Source: an uncultured Dehalococcoidia bacterium
GTDB lineage: Bacteria > Chloroflexota > Dehalococcoidia > SM23-28-2 > RBG-16-64-32
Direction of reading: 5' to 3'
DNA length: 64,000 nt
Assembly: GCA_964558415.1 (NCBI GenBank)
Contig: CAZLDI010000010.1
Coordinates: 37,520-101,519, forward strand
Shown here: positions 33,970-42,904 of the stretch, piece by piece
Position numbering within the stretch: the first letter of the stretch is position 1
Layout of the letters: the number at the start of each line of letters is the position of its first letter
The notes under the pieces: generated by a model
Database searches by the model: none
What the model saw: only the letters and a program-made list of their open reading frames with translations
Told to the model about the DNA's origin: nothing
Program-made: the position numbers and the translations under genes

Positions 33970-36560
33970 CGACAGACCAAAAGGACCGCAGAATCCAAGA
34001 GATATCTCTTCCCGTCGCTGGGATGACGTGTGCCGCCTGCGTGCGCAAGGTGGAGAAGGTGCTGAAGAACCTGCCCGGCGTGGAGGATGCGACCGTGAAC
34101 CTCACAGCAGGCAAGGCCGGAGTGGCCTTCGATCCTGCGGCCTGCTCCATCGAACAGATGGAGCAGGCGATCGCAGACGTCGGCTACGAAGTGCCGCTCG
34201 CCAGCCTCGATCTGCTCGTTATGGGGATGACGCCGGGACATTGCGACATCATCATCGCGCAGGCGCTCAAGACTCTTCCCGGCGTGCGCACGGTGACCGT
34301 GAACCCCGCGACGGATACGGTCAGCGTCCAGTTCGTCGATGCCATCACTTCGGCAGCCCAGATCAAGAAGACGGTGCGCAGCCTGGGTTATGAGACGGCG
34401 GAAAAGGGAGAAGGCCAGGACGCGCTCGACCGCGAGCGCAAGCTGCGTCGGGAAGAGCTGCGCCGCCAGCTGGTCAACATGCTCGTTGCGTGGCCGCTGG
34501 GCGCCATCGTCATGATTGGGACGTTCAGCGAATACGAACCGCTGGCGGGCGTAATTCCCTCATTCATGAGCGAGAAGCTGTTCCTCTTCGCGCTGACGAC
34601 GCCGCTCGTGCTGGGCCCCGGCCGCCAGTTCTTTGTAAACTCTTTCAACGGCCTGCGCAGGGGCGTCACGGACATGAACCTCCTGTACGCCACCGGCATC
34701 GGCGCCGCCTACCTGATCGCCGTGATCAATACCTTCTGGCCGGGCGCCGGCTTCGGCGGCGAGCGCGCCACCTTCTACGAGGCTGCCGCGCTTCTTGTCG
34801 CCTTCATAGTGCTCGGTCGCTACCTTGAAGCGGTTACCCGCGGGCGTACTTCCGAGGCGATCCGCAAGCTGATGAAGCTGCAGCCCAAGCGCGCCCGTGT
34901 GTTGCGAGACGACGAGGAGATTGAACTCCCGGCGGACGAGGTTGAGGTGGGCGATATCATCGCCGTCCGCCCGGGCGAGAGCATCCCCGTCGACGGTGTC
35001 GTCATCGACGGCTACTCGGCGGTCGACGAGTCGATGCTCACCGGCGAGAGCATACCCGTCGAGAAGGCCGCTGGGGCGGAGGTAATCGCCGGTAGCCTTA
35101 ACCGCACCGGCGCGTTCCGCTTCCGCGCGACCCGAATCGGTGCGGAGACGGCACTAGCCCAGATCGTCAAGCTCGTAGAAGAGGCGCAGACCACGAAGGC
35201 GCCTATCCAGGCGCTCGCCGACCGTGTGGCAGGCCACTTCATCCTCGGCGTCCATGCGCTCGCCCTCGTTGTGTTCCTGTTCTGGTTCTTCGCCGGTTAT
35301 GACCTGTGGTTTGCGGAGGAGACGCGTCTCCTCCTGACCCCGTACTCGCTGGAGGAGCTGGAAGTGTTCGGCTTTGCGTTGCTCGTTTCAGTCACGGTCC
35401 TCGTCATCTCCTGCCCATGCGCTGTCGGCCTCGCCACTCCCGCCGCGATTATGGCCGGCACAGGCAAGGCGGCAGAATTCGGCATCTTGTTCAAAGGCGC
35501 CGACGCCGTCGAGGCCACGGCGAAGGTCCAGGTCGTCGTCCTGGACAAGACCGGCACCCTGACGAAGGGCGAACCTTCCCTGACCGATGTCGTGCCGTCT
35601 GCCGGCGTCGACGCCGGCGACGTGCTGCGCCTGGCCGCTGCGGTTGAGAAAAACTCCGAGCACCCCCTGGGGGAGGCGATCGTTCGAGCCGCTTCAAGCG
35701 GCGGCATCAACGTCCCGGAGGCGACCGGCTTCAACGCCGTGACGGGCCACGGAGTCGAGGCTGAGGTCGATGGCCTGGCGGTCATCCTGGGCAATCGGAC
35801 GCTCATGGCAGATCGCGGCACCGGCATCGGGCATCTCTCCGACGAAGCGGAACGCCTGGAGGCGGAGGGCAAGACAGTGATGTTCGTCTCGCGAGACCGT
35901 CAGGCTATCGGCCTCGTCGCCGTCGCGGACACGCTCAAAGAGACATCGAGGCGCGCAGTGGAGGAGCTTCGTGCCCTCGGTCTTCAGGTATTGATGATCA
36001 CCGGAGACAACCACCGCACTGCGCAGGCTATCGCCACGCAAGCCGGGATCGGCCGCGTCCTTGCGGAGGTGCTGCCGCAGGACAAGGCCGCTGAGATCCG
36101 CAAGCTCCAGACCGAAGGCAGGGCGGTGGCGATGGTTGGCGACGGCGTCAACGATGCTCCCGCGCTCGCTCAGGCGAACGTGGGTATGGCAATTGGTTCC
36201 GGCACAGATGTGGCAAAGGAGACCGGCCACGTGATCCTGATCCGCGATGACATCCTTGATGTGGTTGCGGCGATCCAGGTCGCGCGCGCCACTATACGGC
36301 TTGTGAGACAGAACCTCCTCTGGGCGTTCGGCTACAACCTCGCCGCGATCCCCCTCGGGGCGGGCCTACTCTACCCGCTCTTCTCGCAGATCGTTAGCCC
36401 GGAGCTTGCCGCTCTCCTGATGGCCGCCAGCAGCCTCTCCGTGACGATGAACACGCTGCGCATGCGCGGCTACCGCCCGCCGGTGAAACGTGGACCGCCC
36501 AGCGCCTCGCCGCAGCGCGCGGTTCCGGAGCCCAGCGTCGCCACAGGAGCGCGGGCGTGA
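33966..36560 (+). CDS. copA: Copper-translocating P1B-type ATPase
   Basis: One canonical HMA domain ([11 protein letters not shown]) and one degenerate one ([10 protein letters not shown]). Also the CPC motif ([11 protein letters not shown]), DKTGTLT, and [10 protein letters not shown]. Confidence 0.92.
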   Translation: MTTDQKDRRIQEISLPVAGMTCAACVRKVEKVLKNLPGVEDATVNLTAGKAGVAFDPAACSIEQMEQAIADVGYEVPLASLDLLVMGMTPGHCDIIIAQALKTLPGVRTVTVNPATDTVSVQFVDAITSAAQIKKTVRSLGYETAEKGEGQDALDRERKLRREELRRQLVNMLVAWPLGAIVMIGTFSEYEPLAGVIPSFMSEKLFLFALTTPLVLGPGRQFFVNSFNGLRRGVTDMNLLYATGIGAAYLIAVINTFWPGAGFGGERATFYEAAALLVAFIVLGRYLEAVTRGRTSEAIRKLMKLQPKRARVLRDDEEIELPADEVEVGDIIAVRPGESIPVDGVVIDGYSAVDESMLTGESIPVEKAAGAEVIAGSLNRTGAFRFRATRIGAETALAQIVKLVEEAQTTKAPIQALADRVAGHFILGVHALALVVFLFWFFAGYDLWFAEETRLLLTPYSLEELEVFGFALLVSVTVLVISCPCAVGLATPAAIMAGTGKAAEFGILFKGADAVEATAKVQVVVLDKTGTLTKGEPSLTDVVPSAGVDAGDVLRLAAAVEKNSEHPLGEAIVRAASSGGINVPEATGFNAVTGHGVEAEVDGLAVILGNRTLMADRGTGIGHLSDEAERLEAEGKTVMFVSRDRQAIGLVAVADTLKETSRRAVEELRALGLQVLMITGDNHRTAQAIATQAGIGRVLAEVLPQDKAAEIRKLQTEGRAVAMVGDGVNDAPALAQANVGMAIGSGTDVAKETGHVILIRDDILDVVAAIQVARATIRLVRQNLLWAFGYNLAAIPLGAGLLYPLFSQIVSPELAALLMAASSLSVTMNTLRMRGYRPPVKRGPPSASPQRAVPEPSVATGARA

Positions 36561-36760
36561 CTGCCGCGCGTTTCGCCGCCGTGATCTACACGACCGCCTC
36601 GCTGCTGGCTGCCATAGCGTTCTGGTTGGCAACTCTGCTGGCAGGGGATTATTCGCGGGTGGCCCAGGTCGGAGGCGCCGTCTGGACCTTCTTGCTAACC
36701 ATGATTATCCTCATGCCGACAGTCACCCCCTGGGTCCGCGAGCGCCTGAATCCGCCCTGA
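36557..36760 (+). CDS. Small two-TM membrane protein, unknown function
   Basis: The 67-aa ORF has a GTG start overlapping the copA stop (GTGA) and two hydrophobic helices. Confidence 0.45.
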   Translation: MTAARFAAVIYTTASLLAAIAFWLATLLAGDYSRVAQVGGAVWTFLLTMIILMPTVTPWVRERLNPP

Positions 36761-36787
36761 GGATTCCCTCGTTCACTGATTGGGTTG

Positions 36788-36799
36788 TATCATCTCCGC
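36788..36799 (+). promoter_or_regulatory. -10-like TATCAT + CTCCGC spacer abutting ATG 36800 (leaderless-type)
   Basis: Same geometry as at 502, 15560 and 22623. Confidence 0.4.
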
Positions 36800-37501
36800 A
36801 TGAGTGTTTTCGGGCGTCCCGGGAAATCAATCCTGACGGTGATCGTCCTCGCCATGCTGGCCGCGGCAACCCAGGCCTGCGGCGGTGACGGCGAGCGGTC
36901 GCTACCGACGAAGGCGCCGAACGAGGGAGTCGAGCGCCCGGAGAACTGGCTGATTCGAGCGCAGGACGCCCTGGCCGAACTTGACGGCTATACGATCACG
37001 GTGACCGGCCACAACCTCGTCCTCCCTCAATGGGGCGGCATCGACTCTGGAAAGATCGAAATCAGCACAGATGGCCCGCGGGCCCGGGCTGAGCTGCTAC
37101 GAACGGGGGACGGCGACTATACGATGATCTGGGCGGACGCCCAGACTTTCTTCCAGCGCTCCACCTGCGATCGCGTCGCGCGCGTGCCGGGAGGCGGCGT
37201 GGAAACCCTGTTGCCGTTCCTCTGGACCGAGCGCAAAATCCTGGAGACCGCTGAGAACCCCCGTTACGCCGGCAGCACCGCGGAGGAGCACGTCAGTATG
37301 CTGATGAAGCTCCAGTACCTGGGCGAAGTGCGTGTCGACTTCGATCCGGTAACAGACCTGCCATCAGGCCTGTTCATCTTCCCGGACCCCGTGTCGAATA
37401 CAGAAACCGCGTGGCGCTTCGGCGATTTCGAATCGAAGCCGGAGATCGAAAAGCCGGCCGGCGACATCACAGATCAGGGTCCCGGAGGCAACCCCTGCTG
37501 A
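36800..37501 (+). CDS. Lipoprotein, unknown function
   Basis: ATG 36800 gives MSVFGRPGKSILTVIVLAMLAAATQAC (lipobox). I recognise no family. Confidence 0.6.
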   Translation: MSVFGRPGKSILTVIVLAMLAAATQACGGDGERSLPTKAPNEGVERPENWLIRAQDALAELDGYTITVTGHNLVLPQWGGIDSGKIEISTDGPRARAELLRTGDGDYTMIWADAQTFFQRSTCDRVARVPGGGVETLLPFLWTERKILETAENPRYAGSTAEEHVSMLMKLQYLGEVRVDFDPVTDLPSGLFIFPDPVSNTETAWRFGDFESKPEIEKPAGDITDQGPGGNPC

Positions 37502-37511
37502 GGCTATCAGC

Positions 37512-38735
37512 CTAGTAGTTGTCGCCGCAGTAAGGGGCGTGCGTTACCGCGAATGCCCGAGACATCGCAACCAGGGCGTCCGGCTGGTGGACCCGAAGTA
37601 GCCCAACGCTCGCGGCCGTGTCCGGCCGCATGTGTCCGGTGAACAGAGGCGCCAGCGCGTTAGCGCTCAACTCCAGTTCCGGCTCGCCGTCAGTCCGCTC
37701 CGCGGCGATCGTTCCTTCGGCTGCCTGGATACGCCAGACGCCCTTGTTCCACGGCGCCGCCTCATCAGCCACGCCGAGCGTGAAGGATACCGGCGTCTCG
37801 CCGCAGTAGGGACGGGCGCCCAGCGCGCGCTCGACGTCTACAACCCGGATCATTGCGCCTTCCGCGCGTAGAACCTGCAGCTTCCAGGGGTCTTCCACAA
37901 GATCGGAGAACGGGTCTTCCGCGGACACCTCGGCCACAATGCGCGCGGCCAGGTCGTGGGTCAGCAGGTGAAGCCAGAGGCCGGTGTAGGCGTCAGCCGA
38001 AAGCGCCACGAGGTCGCGCACCCAGATGTCGTGCGGCGCCCACCGCCCTTCTTTGGGCAGCGTGGCCACTTCGTAGACCAGATACCCCTGGTCCGCCCCC
38101 TGGGAGTCGACCCAGACGAACGCCTCCCTGTCCGCCCGTAGACCCTCTCCGTCGTAACCCGCCAACACCGCTTCCGTCCACCACGGCTCTACGCGGCGGA
38201 GCGGGCCGTTTCGTGGCGCCGCCCACACATTGTAGATCGCGTCCAACCGCCGCCAATCCGCGCTCGAAACAGTCGCCAACGAACCGGACGCCCCTTTGCT
38301 TCGCAGATGTACGTCCTTGGGACTGAACTCGTAGCGCTTTCTGCCTTCGGCGCGTTCCCACCCATAGCGGGCGTAAAGGGCGTCGTGCGGCGTGTACAGA
38401 CCGGACAGCCATTGCCCCTTCTCCCGCATTCTCTCCAGCGCCAGCCTGAGAAGCTTCGCGACGTGTCCCTGCCGGCGGTGCGCCGAGAGGCAGGCTACAG
38501 GGCCGACTGCGCCGAAGCCGATCGTTCCTCCGTTGATGTAGCGTCGCATCGGCGTGGTACGCACGTCTGCAACAAGGCGTCCCTCAATGAACGCTCCAAC
38601 AGTCCAGTCAGGCGGGATGAGCTGACGCCGAAGATCTACAAGTTCAGGAGTCGACCTGTTGTAAAACGCCACCGCCTCAACGTGCGCCGATTGCTCGATG
38701 TCATCGGGCGTGAACGGACGGTACTCGACAGTCAT
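37512..38735 (-). CDS. Eis-like GNAT N-acetyltransferase (GNAT + SCP2-like C-terminus)
   Basis: Trimmed to ATG 38735 (MTVEYRPFTPDDIEQSAHVEAVAF...). The acetyl-CoA motif is HRRQGHVAKLLRLALERMREKG. The length of about 407 aa is typical for this family. The track ORF start 39338 runs antisense through murT. Confidence 0.75.
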   Translation of the reverse strand: MTVEYRPFTPDDIEQSAHVEAVAFYNRSTPELVDLRRQLIPPDWTVGAFIEGRLVADVRTTPMRRYINGGTIGFGAVGPVACLSAHRRQGHVAKLLRLALERMREKGQWLSGLYTPHDALYARYGWERAEGRKRYEFSPKDVHLRSKGASGSLATVSSADWRRLDAIYNVWAAPRNGPLRRVEPWWTEAVLAGYDGEGLRADREAFVWVDSQGADQGYLVYEVATLPKEGRWAPHDIWVRDLVALSADAYTGLWLHLLTHDLAARIVAEVSAEDPFSDLVEDPWKLQVLRAEGAMIRVVDVERALGARPYCGETPVSFTLGVADEAAPWNKGVWRIQAAEGTIAAERTDGEPELELSANALAPLFTGHMRPDTAASVGLLRVHQPDALVAMSRAFAVTHAPYCGDNY

Positions 38736-38834
38736 AGCGTGATTGTCCAATCGCGCGGCGTGTGATGTCAAAGGGCTTCTCGCCGCACCGATGTGGGAGC
38801 GGTACGGTTCACGCTGCCGTAGAATGGCTGAGGC

Positions 38835-40232
38835 ATGAGACGCACAGCAGCCGTGGCCGCCGCGAAGACAGCGCGCGCTGTCAGTCGTCGGCTGCACCTG
38901 GGCGGAGGGACCGCGTTGCCAGGTCTCATCGCCGAGCGGATAGACCCGGGGATCATCGGCGGGCTCGCGGCGCAGCTCGGGCGCGGAAGCGTGCTGGTCA
39001 CCGGTACAAACGGCAAAACCACTACCGCTCGATTGCTCGGCAACGCCCTCCAGTCCGCCGGGTTGCGCGTGGTCGCCAATCGCGCGGGCTCCAACATGAT
39101 GCGCGGCATCGCCTCGGCGCTCGTGGAATCCGCCGGGCTGAACGGTCGTCTCCGGCGGGCGTCTCGTCTCGCCGGCGTGTTCGAAGTAGACGAGGCGACG
39201 CTGCCTTACCTGGCCTCCGCAGTGAAGCCGAAGGCAATCGTCTTCACGAACCTCTTCCGTGACCAGCTCGACCGCTACGGTGAGGTTGAGTACGTGGCCG
39301 GCATCTGGCGCGAGACGGCAAACGCGCTCCCGCCGCAAACCATTCTGGTGCTCAACGCGGATGACCCGTCTGTCGCTTCGCTTGCGGACTCTAGAAAAGG
39401 CAGGGTCATTTTCTTCGGCGTTCGCGACACCAGTTGGGCTCAGGACTCAGTCGAGCATGCCGCGGACGCCCGCTGGTGCAGCGCCTGTGGCGGCGAGCTC
39501 CACTATTCCGCCGTCTTCTATGCGCACTTGGGCCATTGGCGCTGCCCGGCCTGCTCGCTCGAGCGCCCTGCGGTGGACGCCTCGGCCGCGCACATCCAGC
39601 AGGACGGTGCCACGCTTCAGCTTGAGATCTGGCTGCCCAACGGGCAGGTGACCGCGCGGCTGCCGTTGATGGGACTGTACAACGCCTACAACGCCCTCGC
39701 GGCCGCGGCGGGTGCGGTCGCCTTCGGCGTCGGTCGCGAACACATCGAATCCGGCTTCAAGCGCTTCACGGCAGCGTTCGGGCGGCAGGAACGTCTCAGC
39801 GTCGCCGGCAGACATGTGCAGGTAATGCTTGCGAAGAACCCTGCCGGTCTCAATCAGGTGCTGCGCACCATCGCCGCCAACGGAGAGAAAGTGAACGCGG
39901 CTTTCTTCCTCAACGATGGCATCGCTGACGGCCGCGACATCTCGTGGATATGGGACGTTGACTTCGAATTGCTGGCCGGCCGTACGGAAGCGCTCATGGC
40001 CTCCGGCAACCGTGCCTGGGACATGGCTCTTCGCTTGAAGTACGCCAGCCTCGGGATAGAGCCTGAGGTCGAGAAAGACCCGGCGAGCGCGCTCCATCGA
40101 GCGTTGGAGCGGACTCCGGACTCCGGGACGCTGTATGTCGTCCCCACCTACACCGCGATGCTGCAGGTGCGCGACCTTCTAGCCCGCTGGGGTGGCCGAG
40201 GCGCCTTCTGGGAGGAGTCCGCCGATGGCTGA
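38835..40232 (+). CDS. murT: Lipid II isoglutaminyl synthase, Mur-ligase-like subunit MurT
   Basis: Motifs: LVTGTNGKTTTARLLGN, the Cys4 ribbon CSACGG...CPAC, and a DUF1727-like C-terminus. It is followed by gatD with a start/stop overlap. Confidence 0.85.
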   Translation: MRRTAAVAAAKTARAVSRRLHLGGGTALPGLIAERIDPGIIGGLAAQLGRGSVLVTGTNGKTTTARLLGNALQSAGLRVVANRAGSNMMRGIASALVESAGLNGRLRRASRLAGVFEVDEATLPYLASAVKPKAIVFTNLFRDQLDRYGEVEYVAGIWRETANALPPQTILVLNADDPSVASLADSRKGRVIFFGVRDTSWAQDSVEHAADARWCSACGGELHYSAVFYAHLGHWRCPACSLERPAVDASAAHIQQDGATLQLEIWLPNGQVTARLPLMGLYNAYNALAAAAGAVAFGVGREHIESGFKRFTAAFGRQERLSVAGRHVQVMLAKNPAGLNQVLRTIAANGEKVNAAFFLNDGIADGRDISWIWDVDFELLAGRTEALMASGNRAWDMALRLKYASLGIEPEVEKDPASALHRALERTPDSGTLYVVPTYTAMLQVRDLLARWGGRGAFWEESADG

Positions 40233-40995
40233 ACGAAGCCTCAAGCTCCGCGTCGCGCACCTCTATCCGAAGCTGATGAACATCTACGGCGACCGCGGCA
40301 ACATCCTTTGCCTGAGGCGGCGCTGCGAGCAGCGGGGGATCGACTTCGAGGTCGACGCCCTGGAGGGCGGCGATAAGCTGGACCCCGCGCGCTATGACCT
40401 GATATTCATCGGCGGCGCGCAGGATCGCGAGCAACGCCGAGTTGCCGACGACCTGCTGAAGCTCAAGAGAAAGCCTTTGCAGGAAGCGGCCAGGCGGGGC
40501 GTCGTGGTCCTGGCCGTCTGCGGCGGTTACCAGCTTCTTGGGCGCTTCTACCGCACTGCCGGGGGCGAGGAGCTTCCGGGCGTCGGCCTGCTCGACTTAT
40601 GGACCGCTCATCCGGGGCCCGGCTCGCAGCGTTTCATCGGCAACGTGGCAATCCAATGGAACGGAGGCACTCTGGTTGGCTTCGAGAACCACGGTGGCCG
40701 GACGTTCCTCGGTAAGGGCGCGCAGCCCCTAGGACGCGTGCTCGCGGGCTTCGGGAACAACGGCGAAGATGGCAACGAAGGCGCAACCTCACGCAACGTC
40801 TTCGGTACGTACCTTCACGGCTCTCTCCTCCCGAAGAACCCCCGGTTTGCCGATCACCTGATCCACACGGCCCTTCGGCGGGAGCACAAGGACGTCACAC
40901 TGTCGGCCCTGGACGACAGCGTGGAGATCGCAGCCCACGAGGACGCGGTGCGCCTCGCCGCCGGGCACGCTATTATCCCTGCAGGAGGTCGCTGA
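40225..40995 (+). CDS. gatD: Lipid II isoglutaminyl synthase, glutaminase subunit GatD (CobB/CobQ-type GATase)
   Basis: LRVAHLYPKLMNIYGDRGNILCL..., the nucleophile context LAVCGGYQLLG, and FGTYLHGSLLPKNP. Confidence 0.85.
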   Translation: MAERSLKLRVAHLYPKLMNIYGDRGNILCLRRRCEQRGIDFEVDALEGGDKLDPARYDLIFIGGAQDREQRRVADDLLKLKRKPLQEAARRGVVVLAVCGGYQLLGRFYRTAGGEELPGVGLLDLWTAHPGPGSQRFIGNVAIQWNGGTLVGFENHGGRTFLGKGAQPLGRVLAGFGNNGEDGNEGATSRNVFGTYLHGSLLPKNPRFADHLIHTALRREHKDVTLSALDDSVEIAAHEDAVRLAAGHAIIPAGGR

Positions 40996-41002
40996 GTGCT
41001 CG

Positions 41003-41212
41003 ATGACGCAACTAATTCTTGAAGCCCCCGATATCTCTTGTGAACACTGCATCATGAGCATTGAGAAGGCGGTAACCAAGCTGGCGGGCGTGCGTTTCAT
41101 CGCCGGCGATCCGGAAAGCAAACTGGTGACCCTGGAGTACGACGCCGCCCGGGCGGACGTCGCGGCGATTGAGCAGGCGATGGAAGAGGAAGGCTATCCG
41201 ATCAGGAAGTAG
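41003..41212 (+). CDS. copZ: Heavy-metal-associated (CopZ-like) small protein
   Basis: The 69-aa ORF has a ferredoxin-like HMA pattern with the metal site ISCEHC. Confidence 0.75.
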   Translation: MTQLILEAPDISCEHCIMSIEKAVTKLAGVRFIAGDPESKLVTLEYDAARADVAAIEQAMEEEGYPIRK

Positions 41213-41216
41213 CGTC

Positions 41217-42149
41217 GTGCGGTGGGCGCCCCTGGTCGTGGCGGCAGCGGCAACGCTCGCCGCCGTTGTTTTGCTTGCTCCGTGCAGCGGCTCCGGTGAC
41301 GCCCCGACGGCAACACCATCTTCATCCCCATCGCCCACATTGATCCGCACGCCCTCCCCGACTGTGGTACCATCTCCCAGCCCGGCGTCGTTCCACTACA
41401 CTGTGCAGGACGGCGACACGCTTTTTGATATCGCCCTTCAATTTGGCGTGACTGTCGACGAGATCGTGGCGCTCAACAACCTGTCCGATCCCACGGCGAT
41501 CAAGGTCGGCCAATTGCTGCTCATCCCCGGCGAAGAGCCAGCGGGCCTCAATACTCCGACTCCTACACCTCTCGCGAATCCGGCGGGCACAGGTTATGCG
41601 TTACCCATCGCGGGATCATGTCTGCCCAGCAATGATAACCTTATGCCCAACGCGCCCAGGGAATACCGGGCAGGTATCCATGAAGGCGTCGATTTCTATA
41701 GCGGCGTCAACTGCACCACCATCCCCAACGGCATGCCTGCCCTCGCTGTTAAGGCCGGCACGGTGATCCGCGCCGACCACAGCTTCGTCGAAATGACGCT
41801 CGACGAACTCAACGACCTGCTCGAACGTTCCCAGGCTCAGGGATTCACCGACTCCGAGGCGCTCGATCGCTTCCGCGGACGTCAGGTCTGGGTGGACCAC
41901 GGCGGCGGCACCGTTACGCGCTACTGCCATCTCAGCGCTATCCCGGCTGAGATCACCGTCGGGGCGCAGGTGCAGACTGGAGCGACTGTGGGCCTCGTCG
42001 GCGAGTCCGGAACACCCGAGGCGGTCACCAACCCGGGAACGGAGATTCACCTGCACTTTGAGTTGCGCATAGGTGATTCGTTTCTCGGCGCGGGACTGTC
42101 CGTCGAAGCCGTGAGGGCTATCTACGAGCAAGCGTTTTCGTTACCCTGA
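41217..42149 (+). CDS. LysM-domain M23 metallopeptidase lipoprotein
   Basis: GTG 41217 gives VRWAPLVVAAAATLAAVVLLAPC (lipobox). LysM: YTVQDGDTLFDIALQFGVTVDEIVALNNL. M23 motifs: HEGVDF and HLHFEL. Confidence 0.8.
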   Translation: MRWAPLVVAAAATLAAVVLLAPCSGSGDAPTATPSSSPSPTLIRTPSPTVVPSPSPASFHYTVQDGDTLFDIALQFGVTVDEIVALNNLSDPTAIKVGQLLLIPGEEPAGLNTPTPTPLANPAGTGYALPIAGSCLPSNDNLMPNAPREYRAGIHEGVDFYSGVNCTTIPNGMPALAVKAGTVIRADHSFVEMTLDELNDLLERSQAQGFTDSEALDRFRGRQVWVDHGGGTVTRYCHLSAIPAEITVGAQVQTGATVGLVGESGTPEAVTNPGTEIHLHFELRIGDSFLGAGLSVEAVRAIYEQAFSLP

Positions 42150-42175
42150 TCCCTGTCGGCCAAGCAACCTTCTTC

Positions 42176-42904
42176 ATGACTGACAGCACAAACGTCTCAG
42201 AACCCGGCGCAACTCGCACGCGTTCCTCTGCGGGCTTTCTGCGGAGGATTCTCTACCCGCTCATGGTTGTCGCCGCCATCGCGAGCGTGATCTGGTGGAT
42301 CGAGCGCGGCGACGGCTCCGGTTCCGCCGGCGAATGCGCCCTGATCGGCGAATGCGGTCCTACGGACTTGCCAACGGCGCTGCTGACGCCCGGTCTTGAG
42401 GTAGGCCCCAAGGTCGGCGCGCTAGCGCCGGACTTCCTGCTGGAACGGCTCGATGCCGGTGGCGCGCGCCTGAGCGACTTCCGCGGCAGTCCTGTAGTGC
42501 TGAACTTCTGGGCGACCTGGTGCGCCCCTTGTCGCAAGGAGATCCCGCAGTTCGTGGAGGCGTACGACCGCTACCGCGACGAAGGCCTTGTGGTCATCGG
42601 CCTCGACCTCCAGGAGGGGAAGTCCATCGTCGGGCCGAAGGCTGAGGAATTCGGAATGGACTACCCGATCCTCATCGATCGTGACGGCGAGGTCGGAGAA
42701 GAATATCGGCTCCTCGGACTGCCCACCACCTACTTCATCGATGGCGCGGGTGTTATCCGAAGCATCTTCACGGGCCCGTTCGTCGAGGAATCGCGCGGCA
42801 CGAACGTCCAGGGCGCGATCGAGGACGATGAACTCGATCAGCGGATCCAGGAGATACTGGCCGCGCAGGCCGGCGAAACGAAGGACGGGTATGGCGACCG
42901 ATAG
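42176..42904 (+). CDS. resA: Membrane-anchored thiol:disulfide oxidoreductase (ResA/TlpA family)
   Basis: An N-terminal TM, and the thioredoxin motif VVLNFWATWCAPCRKE. Confidence 0.85.
   Translation: MTDSTNVSEPGATRTRSSAGFLRRILYPLMVVAAIASVIWWIERGDGSGSAGECALIGECGPTDLPTALLTPGLEVGPKVGALAPDFLLERLDAGGARLSDFRGSPVVLNFWATWCAPCRKEIPQFVEAYDRYRDEGLVVIGLDLQEGKSIVGPKAEEFGMDYPILIDRDGEVGEEYRLLGLPTTYFIDGAGVIRSIFTGPFVEESRGTNVQGAIEDDELDQRIQEILAAQAGETKDGYGDR

Noticed and set aside
37512-39338. Full 608-aa version of the minus-strand ORF (Eis-like gene extended upstream)
   Set aside because: The N-terminal 201 codons run antisense through murT and have no similarity. Homology to Eis-type GNATs begins at ATG 38735, which gives the family-typical ~407 aa.
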